Shown here one piece after another: positions 37,001 through 46,697 of a stretch of 64,000 nucleotides of DNA (position 1 is its first letter; every line of letters begins with the position of its first letter). Origin of the DNA: Mayamaea pseudoterrestris (Eukaryota); assembly GCA_027923505.1 (NCBI GenBank), contig BROI01000023.1, positions 62,001 through 126,000 on the forward strand, given 5' to 3'. Position numbers and translations under genes: made by a program. The notes under the pieces were generated by a model, which did not search any database, had not been told where the DNA came from, and saw only the letters and a list, made by a program, of their open reading frames with translations.

Positions 37001-38456
37001 CTACAGCAAGCCCTGTAGGTGCCCAAATTACACCAGAATGGTGCCAACATCATTATTTTAACTGCGCTACAAGATGGTAGGCTTGGCTGGTGTCTCAGGG
37101 GATGGCAATGTATTTGGTGACAACTTGTCACCAGTCTCAGCCCGCAGATGCCATGACATTTAAACGCCCCTACAGCAAGCCCTGTTGGTGCCCAAATTAC
37201 ACCAGAATGGTGCCAACATTATTACTTCGGCTGCGCTACAAGATGGTAGGCTTGGCTGGTGTCTCAGGGGATGGCAATGTATTTGGTGACAACTTGTCAC
37301 CAGTCTCAGCCCGCAGATGCCATGACATTCAAATGCCCCTACAGCAAGCCCTGTAGGTGCCCAAATTACACCAGAATGGTGCCAACATCATTATTTTAAC
37401 TGCGCTACAAGATGGTAGGCTTGGCTGGTGTCTCAGGGGATGGCAATGTATTTGGTGACAACTTGTCACCAGTCTCAGCCCGCAGATGCCATGACATTCA
37501 AACGCCCCTACAGCAAGCCCTGTAGGTGCCCAAATGACACCAGAATGGTGCCAACATCATTATTCAGGCTGCGCTACAAGATGGTAGGCTTGGCTGGTGT
37601 CTCAGGGGATGGCAATGTATTTGGTGACAACTTGTCACCAGTCTCAGCCCGCAGATGCCATGACATTCAAACGCCCCTACAGCAAGCCCTGTAGGTGCCC
37701 AAATGACACCAGAATGGTGCCAACATCGTTATTCAGGCTGCGCTACAAGATGGTAGGCTTGGCTGGTGTCTCAGGGGATGGCAATGTATTTGGTGACAAC
37801 TTGTCACCAGTCACAGCCCGCAGATGCCACGACATTCAAATGCCCCTACAGCAAGCCCTGTAGGTGCCCAAATTACACCAGAATGGTGCCAACATCATTA
37901 TTTTAACTGCGCTACAAGATGGTAGGCTTGGCTGGTGTCTCAGGGGATGGCAATGTATTTGGTGACAACTTGTCACCAGTCTCAGCCCGCAGATGCCATG
38001 ACATTAAAACGCCCCTACAGCAAGCCCTGTTGGTGCCCAAATTACACCAGAATGGTGCCAACATCATTATTCAGGCTGCGCTACAAGATGGTAGGCTTGG
38101 CTGGTGTCTCAGGGGATGGCAATGTATTTGGTGACAACTTGTCACCAGTCTCAGCCCGCAGATGCCATGACATTCAAACGCCCCTACAGCAAGCCCTGTT
38201 GGTGCCCAAATGACACCAGAATGGTGCCAACATCATTATTCAGGCTGCGCTACAAGATGGTAGGCTTGGCTGGTGTCTCAGGGGATGGCAATGTATTTGG
38301 TGACAACTTGTCACCGGTCTCAGCCCGCAGATGCCATGACATTCAAACGCCCCTACAGCAAGCCCTGTAGGTGCCCAAATGACACCAGAATGGTGCCAAC
38401 ATCATTATTCAGGCTGCGCTACAAGATGGTAGGCTTGGCTGGTGTCTCAGGGGATG
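28040..38456. repeat. 169-bp tandem satellite, ~62 copies, ~10.4 kb, highly homogeneous
   Basis: Consensus ggtgcccaaatgacaccagaatggtgccaacatcattattcaggctgcgctacaagatggtaggcttggctggtgtctcaggggatggcaatgtatttggtgacaacttgtcaccagtctcagcccgcagatgccatgacattcaaacgcccctacagcaagccctgta. The ORF track steps by 169; there is one 1-bp deletion near 31700 and one +60-bp disruption near 34791-34900. Confidence 0.98.
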
Positions 38457-38945
38457 CGATACAATATGGAAGGCTTGGCTGGTGTCTCAGGGGATGGCAA
38501 TGTGACTGGTGAGAACTTCGCACCAGTCTCTGCCCGCAGATGCCTTGACCTTCCAATGCTCATATATCAAGCCATGTGCACCCAAAACATACAAGAATGG
38601 CGCCAGCATTATTTTCAGGCTGCGTTACAAGATGGAATGCTTGGCTTGTCCCTTTGGATGCTGCAATGCCATTGTTGAGAACTTCTCACCTGTCCCAGTG
38701 TCCCAGCCAGCAGCAGCCATGACTTCAACAGCCCATTTTCTCAGAGCCATGTCCATGGACAATACACACCAGAATGGTGGAATTGTATATCTTTTAGGCT
38801 GGTCTACAAAGATGGAATACCTGCTCATTGGTGAGAACTCCCAGCTAGCAGCAGCCTTTGACTTTCAGCAGGCCATTCTCCGAGCCATGTCATTTGCTCC
38901 TTATCGCAGCGGTTCTTGCACCAGAATGCGTGATAATAATATTAT
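38457..38945. repeat. About 3 progressively degenerate satellite monomers (right flank)
   Basis: Recognisable caccagaatg, caggctgcg-tacaagatgg and ggtgagaact blocks with increasing divergence out to ~38940. Confidence 0.85.
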
Positions 38946-39193
38946 GACCGATTCGATACCGAACCTTTTCTCGTTGTCACACATTCATCATCTGATCCCG
39001 CAAGCAAATGTTAGTTGCTGTACATTAATTTGTGTATTCGGTATACTCGCAAGAAGGAAATCGACTGCATCGTACGACTTGCAAGCCGCAGAGTCTCGTT
39101 GATTTTCCAAATTCCAAGCGCTGGCTCGCTGGGTCACTTCACCTCTTTGTCACATCCTAAGGTCTTGCGTTCGATCTCCAGTCATATTATTTC

Positions 39194-40459
39194 ATGTCTG
39201 TATCAAGTTCATTGCCGCCTCAATGGCTTCCGACAGATCAGCTGCAACAGGAGCTCCTCGAAATGGATCCAGACTTTGCAACGCCGCAGCCTCTCTCCGA
39301 GATTGTTTTGCAGGGACGCCTGCAAGATTCCTTTCTTGACTGGAATGACTTCACAGATAGATGCCTTGCAAGCTTGACAGAAAAGCCGATTGTATGGACG
39401 GGTCCTCATGTGTTTCTGACCACAGCCATGGGTATTTCCGACTTGGTTGACAGCTGGCATGATGCCATTGCTCATATTTACGTGAGTCGATGCGCCGCGA
39501 GTGAGCACATGACTATTAATGGGAATGATGAACAGCAAGGCGGGGACGACACAAATGTGTACTCTCTTTATACAACGTTTGAGGAACATCCAATGCGAAC
39601 GCTCGACGGCATTTGCAAGCTGCTTAGTCATTGCCAACCACCGCTGAATAGCGTTCAAGTCTCCATGCTCATGCATCCACTTTCCACACTGAGTCTTTCA
39701 AGATTGGCTTCCGGCAATATACGCAAGATAGAAATCACGACACCGAAGGGTGTTTGGTCCGGTCGCGAGTGCCAGGCGCTTGCATCTGCGAGCGATCCTA
39801 GATGTCAGCTTGAAATCATGGTGGATTCATTGACGGACAGTGCTTCCAAAACCCTGGCCACAGTACTGGCAAGCAATGCAGGTCCGTCAAGATTACGACT
39901 GGGCACCATTGAATGGGACGCCTTTTTGCGCCTCACGCAGCCGCTTGCCGACCCAGGTACCACGCGATTACAGTCTTTGACAGTATTGGAGGTGACAAAT
40001 GTTCATCTTGCCGTCTTGGCCGTTTCACTGGCAACAAACGCTGGATTGGAGGAGCTGGCTATTGTGGGGACGTTTGGAAGCAAGGAGACTGACACAAGCT
40101 TTCAAGCATTGATGCAAGCAGTGGCGACTCATTCGAGCATGACCAGTTTGACGCTGAACCTTCATCTCGCCCCAAACACGAGTGAAAGACGCGTTGCCGA
40201 GCTGAGTCAAGCAATTCAAGACATGATCGTTCAAAGCAAGAGCTTGACGCATGTCAGCCTTCCGCTAGACTATGCTTTTTTGGAATGCATCTCCATTGAC
40301 GTTGATCGCTACATAAAATACAATCAACATCGACCGAGAGCTGCGGCGTTGCGGGCATCGAGCTACCATCAAAAACTCTTGTCAACTACGTTAGCGGCAG
40401 TCAACGACATAAACGAATTGGTTTATCTGTTTCTGCGGCAAGCAGTCGAGTACTTGTAA
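39194..40459 (+). CDS. RNI-like / leucine-rich-repeat protein of a lineage-expanded family
   Basis: 421-aa ORF; LxxLxL-type repeats (RLQSLTV, NAGLEELAI, HSSMTSLTL, SKSLTHVSL) and the C-terminal 'LLSTTLAAV..NELVYLFL' tail often seen in diatom RNI-like proteins. Confidence 0.7.
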   Translation: MSVSSSLPPQWLPTDQLQQELLEMDPDFATPQPLSEIVLQGRLQDSFLDWNDFTDRCLASLTEKPIVWTGPHVFLTTAMGISDLVDSWHDAIAHIYVSRCAASEHMTINGNDEQQGGDDTNVYSLYTTFEEHPMRTLDGICKLLSHCQPPLNSVQVSMLMHPLSTLSLSRLASGNIRKIEITTPKGVWSGRECQALASASDPRCQLEIMVDSLTDSASKTLATVLASNAGPSRLRLGTIEWDAFLRLTQPLADPGTTRLQSLTVLEVTNVHLAVLAVSLATNAGLEELAIVGTFGSKETDTSFQALMQAVATHSSMTSLTLNLHLAPNTSERRVAELSQAIQDMIVQSKSLTHVSLPLDYAFLECISIDVDRYIKYNQHRPRAAALRASSYHQKLLSTTLAAVNDINELVYLFLRQAVEYL

Positions 40460-41973
40460 AAAAATAATAACGGAACGTTCGAGTACTTGTAAAGATTATG
40501 GAAGGTTATGGATGTACGAAATTCAAACTAAATCATTTATGTATGCTTTACGCAATCGGCTCCGTCAACCATACTACTTGCCATGTGTCCATCGCGCAAC
40601 GCATCCGTCTCGACGACGCTGACAAAGCCATGCATGGCAAGCGATCGACCTGATCTCCTCGCCAGCTCTGCGCCCAAAATGAAAACAACTTGGGTAGATC
40701 AATGACGACTCATCATGTACTCTCCCTTCCTGCGAACAGCGCAAACACAATAAGATGAGAAAATGTCGCACATACTTGCAGACTCGATACGCTGGAAATG
40801 CAATACAAAGCATACTCAGAACACACTTGTTTTGTCGGCAAGAGCGCTCTGAACAAGATGTTCGTCATTTTCGGGGCGCGAATGATTGTCACACGACCTG
40901 TTGCACGGCGTCATGGACAGAGATTTACCCCTTCTTTTCGATCAGATATCGCATTTGCTGACAGTAAACGTACCTTCTACCATAATTTGGTATATGCTGT
41001 AAAAAGAGATCAAGCAGCTCGTCAAAAGATAAAGATTCCAGACACTGCTTGAGTTCAGCCTACCGAGTAGCCGAGAAAAGGGCAAAGAGAGTTTAGAATA
41101 TTGAAGAAGGGAGATTGTCGGATCCAGGAAAAGGAGCCTCAGCAATGTCAGATGCGAAGGTCCTATTACTAACAGGGTCCTCACACTATCGGGACATGAA
41201 AAAGGTCTATGCGTTCTCGCCCGCAGGCTTCACTAGACAGAGTGTTAGTCCCTTTAGCCAATCAAGCTAGAACTGCAGGAACGTACCTCCGAATCCGTAT
41301 GTTCGCTGCTTGTCGCCCATCTTACATCGGAAAAGCAGGTGCAAAGAGGGCTGCATGCTGCATCATGCTACGAGAAGCTGTCATTTCTTTCAGTATTTCG
41401 CTTTAAGCTTCGATAATTTCGTGCAGAACCATGGTTCGAGCAAAGCATGATATTGATCAATGACAACAACATGAGCTTCTTATCGAGCAGCCAACTTTTG
41501 TGAGCCATCACAGTGCGTCAATCGATGGTCGAGCGTCTCAGTCGCTTCGTTACCCGAGTAACGGTCAGACGATCTACCGGTAGGCTCATGCAATGCGCGA
41601 ACCAGTACCGGTCCAAGTCCTCCGGACACCCCATCAATTACAAACATTGCCACCATGGATCAAGATATCAATGAGGTCAAGTAACCCAAACAAATCTGCC
41701 AAGCTCCACGGTGTGGGTCGCGCGGGTCGCCCCGATTTATTTACGTAGAAACCTACACATTCCAGTACATCCCATTTTTTCGTAACATTTTTTATAGAAC
41801 CCCAATTACAATCAATTAGTACATCTATTTTGTGTTTTGTGCAGTATAGATGTTATGTACGACAAGCTTACAAGCATCTCTGTGGATGGATACACTGAGA
41901 TGCTGGTGCGTGATTGCAATGTCTAATCCTTGATATATTTATATTGTACAAAAACCCAAAAACACTCGGGAAG

Positions 41974-43229
41974 CTACGTCTGCATCGAAATGGTCGCACC
42001 TTCTGAAATAGTCGGAACGTCCGGTGCTGTTTCAAGGTTCCCAGCCACTGCATTTGCATCATGGGGCCACTTCGTTCGAGCAATCTCCTCGGAAGCTTCT
42101 GCCTTGATGTGATGGTTGTTCTGCAAGTGCCCCGACTCACCCGACAATGGCTCATCAAATATTTGCACATCCGCTGTCGTTGCGACAATCTCATGCTGCA
42201 ATCGGCCTTTTAAAAACACCAGTACGTTCAACGCATGCTTAACTGTCAGCAATGTTCCAGTGTACGATTCAATGGTGCACGGAGGAACTTTCAAATCATA
42301 CCAGTTGCGTTTCCATGTCAATTGTGCCATCAACTCCGCATAGGTGCTTGGACCAATATCTTTGCCATGTTCGGGATGCGTCGTTGGCCTCGTAAAGGAT
42401 CCTGGTAGAGTCAAGTCTTGAAGAGACGCAATGGTTGTCATTTGCTGCTTTTCGTGTCCGTTTGCTCGCCATTCGACCGTTTCGACAAGCTGCAAATCGA
42501 CGCGCTCCAATTCAATTTTGCTTTCGTTTCGCACCGACAAGGAACACTTGAGTCGCTCGCCCTTTGCAATATGAGTATTGCAAATCTTGGTCGCCACCAG
42601 AAAGCGCCCTTGGTCGAGAATGCCAAACGACTTGAGCGGAATGGCGCTTGGCTCTTGCACATTTGGCATCTCCTTGATATCGCGGCAGGGAGCGCCAACG
42701 ACAGTGACAGGCTTCGTCACCGTCACATCGTGCTGGTCCAAACGAGCCGTCAGCAGGTAATCGACCGACGCCGTCCCGCCCTTTTGGTCGTCAAAGTGAA
42801 TTGATGGTGGCATACTCGCTGGCAAGTAAAAGTTAAAGGCGAGTTTGTGAACGTCGCCCGCCGCCAAGGTTGACTCATTATGTTGCTGCAGCTTGTCAAT
42901 CAAAACGCTCTCGTCAAACAGCAAATGCTCTTCCAAAACAGTTTCAGATAAAAGTCCAGGCACTGTGGTGCGTTCGTAACCCGTCAATTGAACCGTCACG
43001 CTGAAGCCTTGCGTTGCTTCCTTGACAAATACAACGACATTCCCCTTGAGCCACTTTTGAGCCCGAAAGACTGCGTCTGCACAAGAAGAGATGCAGCAAA
43101 GGAAATTAAAAATGGAGGCCTCATGCTATTTCGTTCGTTTCGCTCATGCCAGGTCACATACGTCACGCATCACGCACCGTCATGCTCAAGGTCGATGCTG
43201 CACTCGATTTTGCTGCTACTGTCAGTCAT
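41974..43229 (-). CDS. Arrestin-fold (alpha-arrestin-like, Arrestin_N + Arrestin_C) protein; 2 exons
   Basis: Exons 43229-43178 and 43076-41974 (GTGCGT..CAG). Motifs LKGNVVV, VQLTGYERT, FNFYLPASMPPS, VDYLLTARL, VRNES, SYTGTLLTVKHALNV. Confidence 0.8.
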
Positions 43230-43467
43230 GTTTCTCGAAAGGATTGATTTATGATCGTAAGCTTGTCTTTGCTTGGCTATGTTAGTCGACTTAAAGAGGA
43301 AGGATCTCGTCGCAATGCCTGCATCAGCATCGTGATGTGATGAAGGGTTCGCGCTTCGCGCGACGCTTTCGCTTCGTTTCGTTCGATCTTTTGTTGTCGC
43401 AGCGAAACTCAACGGATCTCGGAGCGGTTGCCGCGCTATGTAAAATTTCCGCAACGATTTCGAAACC

Positions 43468-44514
43468 ATGGCAGCCTCCTCCACCAACGACTCGTCGCTG
43501 TTGGAGACTATATGGAAGCTTCTGGAGACAGGCAACAAGCTTTACGAGCGTCTGGACTACTGGAAGGCAGCCGAGTGCTTTTACGATGCGCAGGAGAAGC
43601 TACGAGACCTTCACGAGCAAGCAAAATGCAAAGTCGCAACGGATGACGAGGCTACTACCAAAATTGCACAACTTTATCAGAAACAAGCCATTGAATATTT
43701 TGGCAAGGCTCGAAAGTCAGTTATCTGTGCCCTTGAGAAGCAGATGAAGCAAGAGGATGTCGAGAAGAGCGTTGATGGATGTTCTGCGCCAATTTTTGAT
43801 GCCGACGAGATAGGTCGTAGCCGACTACTGCTTTTCGCTCAACTCTTTGCCGGCAAAGACCTTTTGAACGAATTCAAGGCGACACAAGAATATGGTAAAC
43901 AGTCAGATACGGTTTCTGAATTCTCCTTGGACGAGCGACTGGCGCAACTGAACCAAAACATGCCAAGGAATTTGCTCACAACGGAGCAGCGCATGCAGCA
44001 CCTTAACAAGGGTTTGAACAAACTTGGATACAGCTTGTATGACAGTAATAATGCTGCCAGCGATAAGATTGAACTCCCAAAGTCGGAGGAGGATGAGGTC
44101 AGTGCTATTATAGCGCAAGCCAAGGAGGAAGTTGCGCTTTTACGGACGACGAATAACGTGGCGAGTACTATGATTGATCCAATTTCAGCTCCAACAGCAG
44201 CGCCAATCATTGGCAAGGAAAGGCATGGAAGCTTTTTGGATCAAGACTCGGACGAAGATGACGACAACAGTAGCGCATCATCAGAGGAAGCCAGGGAGCT
44301 GACTCCCCAACAAATTGAAAGTATTCGCGACAAGATTGCTTCGGCATCCGCGCAACTGTCACAGCTACTCGTTCTGCTCCAGCCCGACGAGGGCGGCTAT
44401 ACGGATATTGACTTTGACCCTACATCAGGCAAGCATGCGCTGCAACAAGCGCGGCGGCTGCTGTCCGACGCGGCCAAGGAATGGGGATACTTGACCAGGG
44501 ACTTGACCACTTAA
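43468..44514 (+). CDS. Helical protein with a putative N-terminal MIT-like three-helix bundle
   Basis: 348-aa ORF; LLETGNKLYERLDYWKAAECFYDAQEKL...LYQKQAIEYFGKAR resembles MIT domains (pattern-level inference). Confidence 0.6.
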   Translation: MAASSTNDSSLLETIWKLLETGNKLYERLDYWKAAECFYDAQEKLRDLHEQAKCKVATDDEATTKIAQLYQKQAIEYFGKARKSVICALEKQMKQEDVEKSVDGCSAPIFDADEIGRSRLLLFAQLFAGKDLLNEFKATQEYGKQSDTVSEFSLDERLAQLNQNMPRNLLTTEQRMQHLNKGLNKLGYSLYDSNNAASDKIELPKSEEDEVSAIIAQAKEEVALLRTTNNVASTMIDPISAPTAAPIIGKERHGSFLDQDSDEDDDNSSASSEEARELTPQQIESIRDKIASASAQLSQLLVLLQPDEGGYTDIDFDPTSGKHALQQARRLLSDAAKEWGYLTRDLTT

Positions 44515-44620
44515 AACATGCGATATGAGTTGCTACAATAAATTAATCTTTTTAATTTAAGAAGTCACTTTGCACGAATAGTAATAGTTTTATGTAAAAC
44601 AAACGTCGCATAAATCAAAC

Positions 44621-46198
44621 TTAAATTGCTTCGTCCTCTAACAAAATCTCCTTGTTTGTCGGTGGAAGAGGCTCGTCAGTTGACGTCTGCTCCGTATCTG
44701 ATTCACCATCCTTGCCATTGTGCTTGATAAGAGAGTCTGGTACGCTTGTGGGCGCTTCATCAATGATGTCGACCGCTTCCTTCTTGGCATTGTCGGGAAA
44801 CGAGTCGTCACTCACCACACCCTTGGAGGCACTCTTGTTCCATGGCGCGTCGTCAGTGTCAACTCCCTCTCCATGCGACGAGTCATCATCGTCCTTATCG
44901 CCGCCGTCACCACCAAGCGAAGCATCGTCGCCATCACCATCCGGGTCACTCACGTCCGAGTGGACCGAGCCATCATCCTTGGCCTCGATGAAGAGTTCGG
45001 GGTGATTTCCATTCATCGACCTGCCGTTACTGTCGTCGGAAAGGATGACTTCCTTCTTCTTGGTGAGTCGGACTGAGTCGTTGATAGGAAGACCTCGAAG
45101 GGCACTCAATGTCGCCGACGGACCAAGGTGGTCGTACTTTTTGTCCGACAAAACGTTCCAGTTGGCAAGTTCCACTTCTTCAAGATTGATGCCGTCAAAC
45201 TCGCCTGATGCCTTGAGCTTGGCAATGAGCTTATCTTGATTCGCAATGGTGTCTTCGTACAAGGCTTGCATGGAGCTATGAGTAGCATCCAGCGTCATGA
45301 GATTCATTTCGCACAGTGCTTGCTTGTCGGAAAGCCATCCTTTGCAACGTTGCAAATACTTTTTCATTTCTCTCGTTGACTTTTTAACCTTGGACTTTTG
45401 CTTTTCGAGGGCAAGCATTTGATGCATGTTTCGACAAAGCTGGGCTTCCAAAGCGAGTTCTTCGTCTGTTCCCTTTTTCTTCCACTTTTTGCTCGCCTTC
45501 ATCATGGCCTTGGCGTATTCATGAATATTGTAGCCAGATGCGACAAACGCCTTTTGCGTTCGTTTGAGCTTGTCGAGAATTTGCATCATGGACTTTTCTT
45601 GTCGCTGTCTCTTGAATGAATGTCTCGTTTCGACGCGGTTTCCCTGCAGTCGATGCGCCTTGAGTGTCTTTTGCATGAGTTTGATCCGTCGTCGCAAGTC
45701 TTGGTATTGGGGATCAGCCTTAATTTCCTCGGCGTACAGCTGCCTCGCTTGCGCGTCTCTAATCTCCTCTGCCTTTTTTTCTGCAGCAATACGAATTTCC
45801 TCCGCTTTGGCTTGAGCAGCAGCAACTCCTCCTTGTAACCATCCAAGCGCCGAAGCCTTTTTGTCCTCCCATGCTTGAGCAGCTTCTTCCTCCTTCTTTC
45901 GCTGTTCCTCGAGCCTTTTGCTTTGAAAGTCATCGACAATCTTTGTCTGCGCGTTGGACGCCCCCACCAAAACTCGAAGTTCCGCCGGTGATAAATGAGG
46001 ATTCTTGGCGGCTGCCATGGCCATTTCCATTGCGACGCGTATTTCCTCATCCTGCTCGGCTTGCTGCTTCATTTCCTCAGACATTTCTGGCTCCTTGTAG
46101 GTTGCTTCTGGTGCTGGTGGTGCAGCGGTCGTTACTTCCTCCTCGGCAGCTGCAGTCTCGTCTGCTGCAGCATCCATTTGCTCTTCTTCCGACGACAT
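44621..46198 (-). CDS. Coiled-coil protein with acidic termini, function unknown
   Basis: ~525-aa ORF from the ATG at 46198; long E/K/A/Q-rich heptads. Confidence 0.75.
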   Translation of the reverse strand: MSSEEEQMDAAADETAAAEEEVTTAAPPAPEATYKEPEMSEEMKQQAEQDEEIRVAMEMAMAAAKNPHLSPAELRVLVGASNAQTKIVDDFQSKRLEEQRKKEEEAAQAWEDKKASALGWLQGGVAAAQAKAEEIRIAAEKKAEEIRDAQARQLYAEEIKADPQYQDLRRRIKLMQKTLKAHRLQGNRVETRHSFKRQRQEKSMMQILDKLKRTQKAFVASGYNIHEYAKAMMKASKKWKKKGTDEELALEAQLCRNMHQMLALEKQKSKVKKSTREMKKYLQRCKGWLSDKQALCEMNLMTLDATHSSMQALYEDTIANQDKLIAKLKASGEFDGINLEEVELANWNVLSDKKYDHLGPSATLSALRGLPINDSVRLTKKKEVILSDDSNGRSMNGNHPELFIEAKDDGSVHSDVSDPDGDGDDASLGGDGGDKDDDDSSHGEGVDTDDAPWNKSASKGVVSDDSFPDNAKKEAVDIIDEAPTSVPDSLIKHNGKDGESDTEQTSTDEPLPPTNKEILLEDEAI

Positions 46199-46697
46199 GG
46201 TAGACAACTACTACTAGTTGCAATCGCTATACGCTCGACGCAATAGTCACTCTATCGTCCTGCAACCGATGGATGCACGCGAAGATCCAGCGGGTCGTCG
46301 TGAACCTCCGAGGGGCTGTGATAAAAAGGGTCACACGAAATGACTCTTCGATTCATCGAAGCGATCTTGCGTGCCAGAATGACCTTGTCGGTCTTAAGGA
46401 TGGGGATGTCGGTTGAATTAGCTACCGCACGCGTATGTGAGATACTGAACTATTTCTGACGTCTTTGACTTGCACGTTTAATTTGTTTTGCATTTTGCGA
46501 CATAAACATGTACTGTCTTGAGGAAAGACGCAGTTTCTGAAATATTATTTTATGAAGAATGCTAAGTTTTACCAGGCAACTGTTGTGTACTCAATTTCAT
46601 CGGCACGACGAGCAGCAGCAGCCTTGTTGGGTCAGCAATCAGACAGGGATGCGTAATGGTCACAGGGACCACAGAAGAAGGTCGTAATGATCATATT

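Noticed and set aside
28040..38456. Satellite as a CRISPR array or a tandem 5S/snRNA/tRNA gene array
   Set aside because: No unique spacers and no cas genes; no 5S, U1/U2/U4/U5/U6 or tRNA signature on either strand
28032..39102. Dozens of ~88-aa ORFs (MSQGMAMYLVTT...) in the ORF track
   Set aside because: By-products of the 169-bp period (not a multiple of 3); every frame hits stops, no splice pattern restores a frame, and variants show no codon-position bias that I can see
40500..41900. Possible gene or solo LTR between the RNI-like and arrestin genes
   Set aside because: Only short ORFs without motifs; no TG...CA boundaries with a target-site duplication could be established
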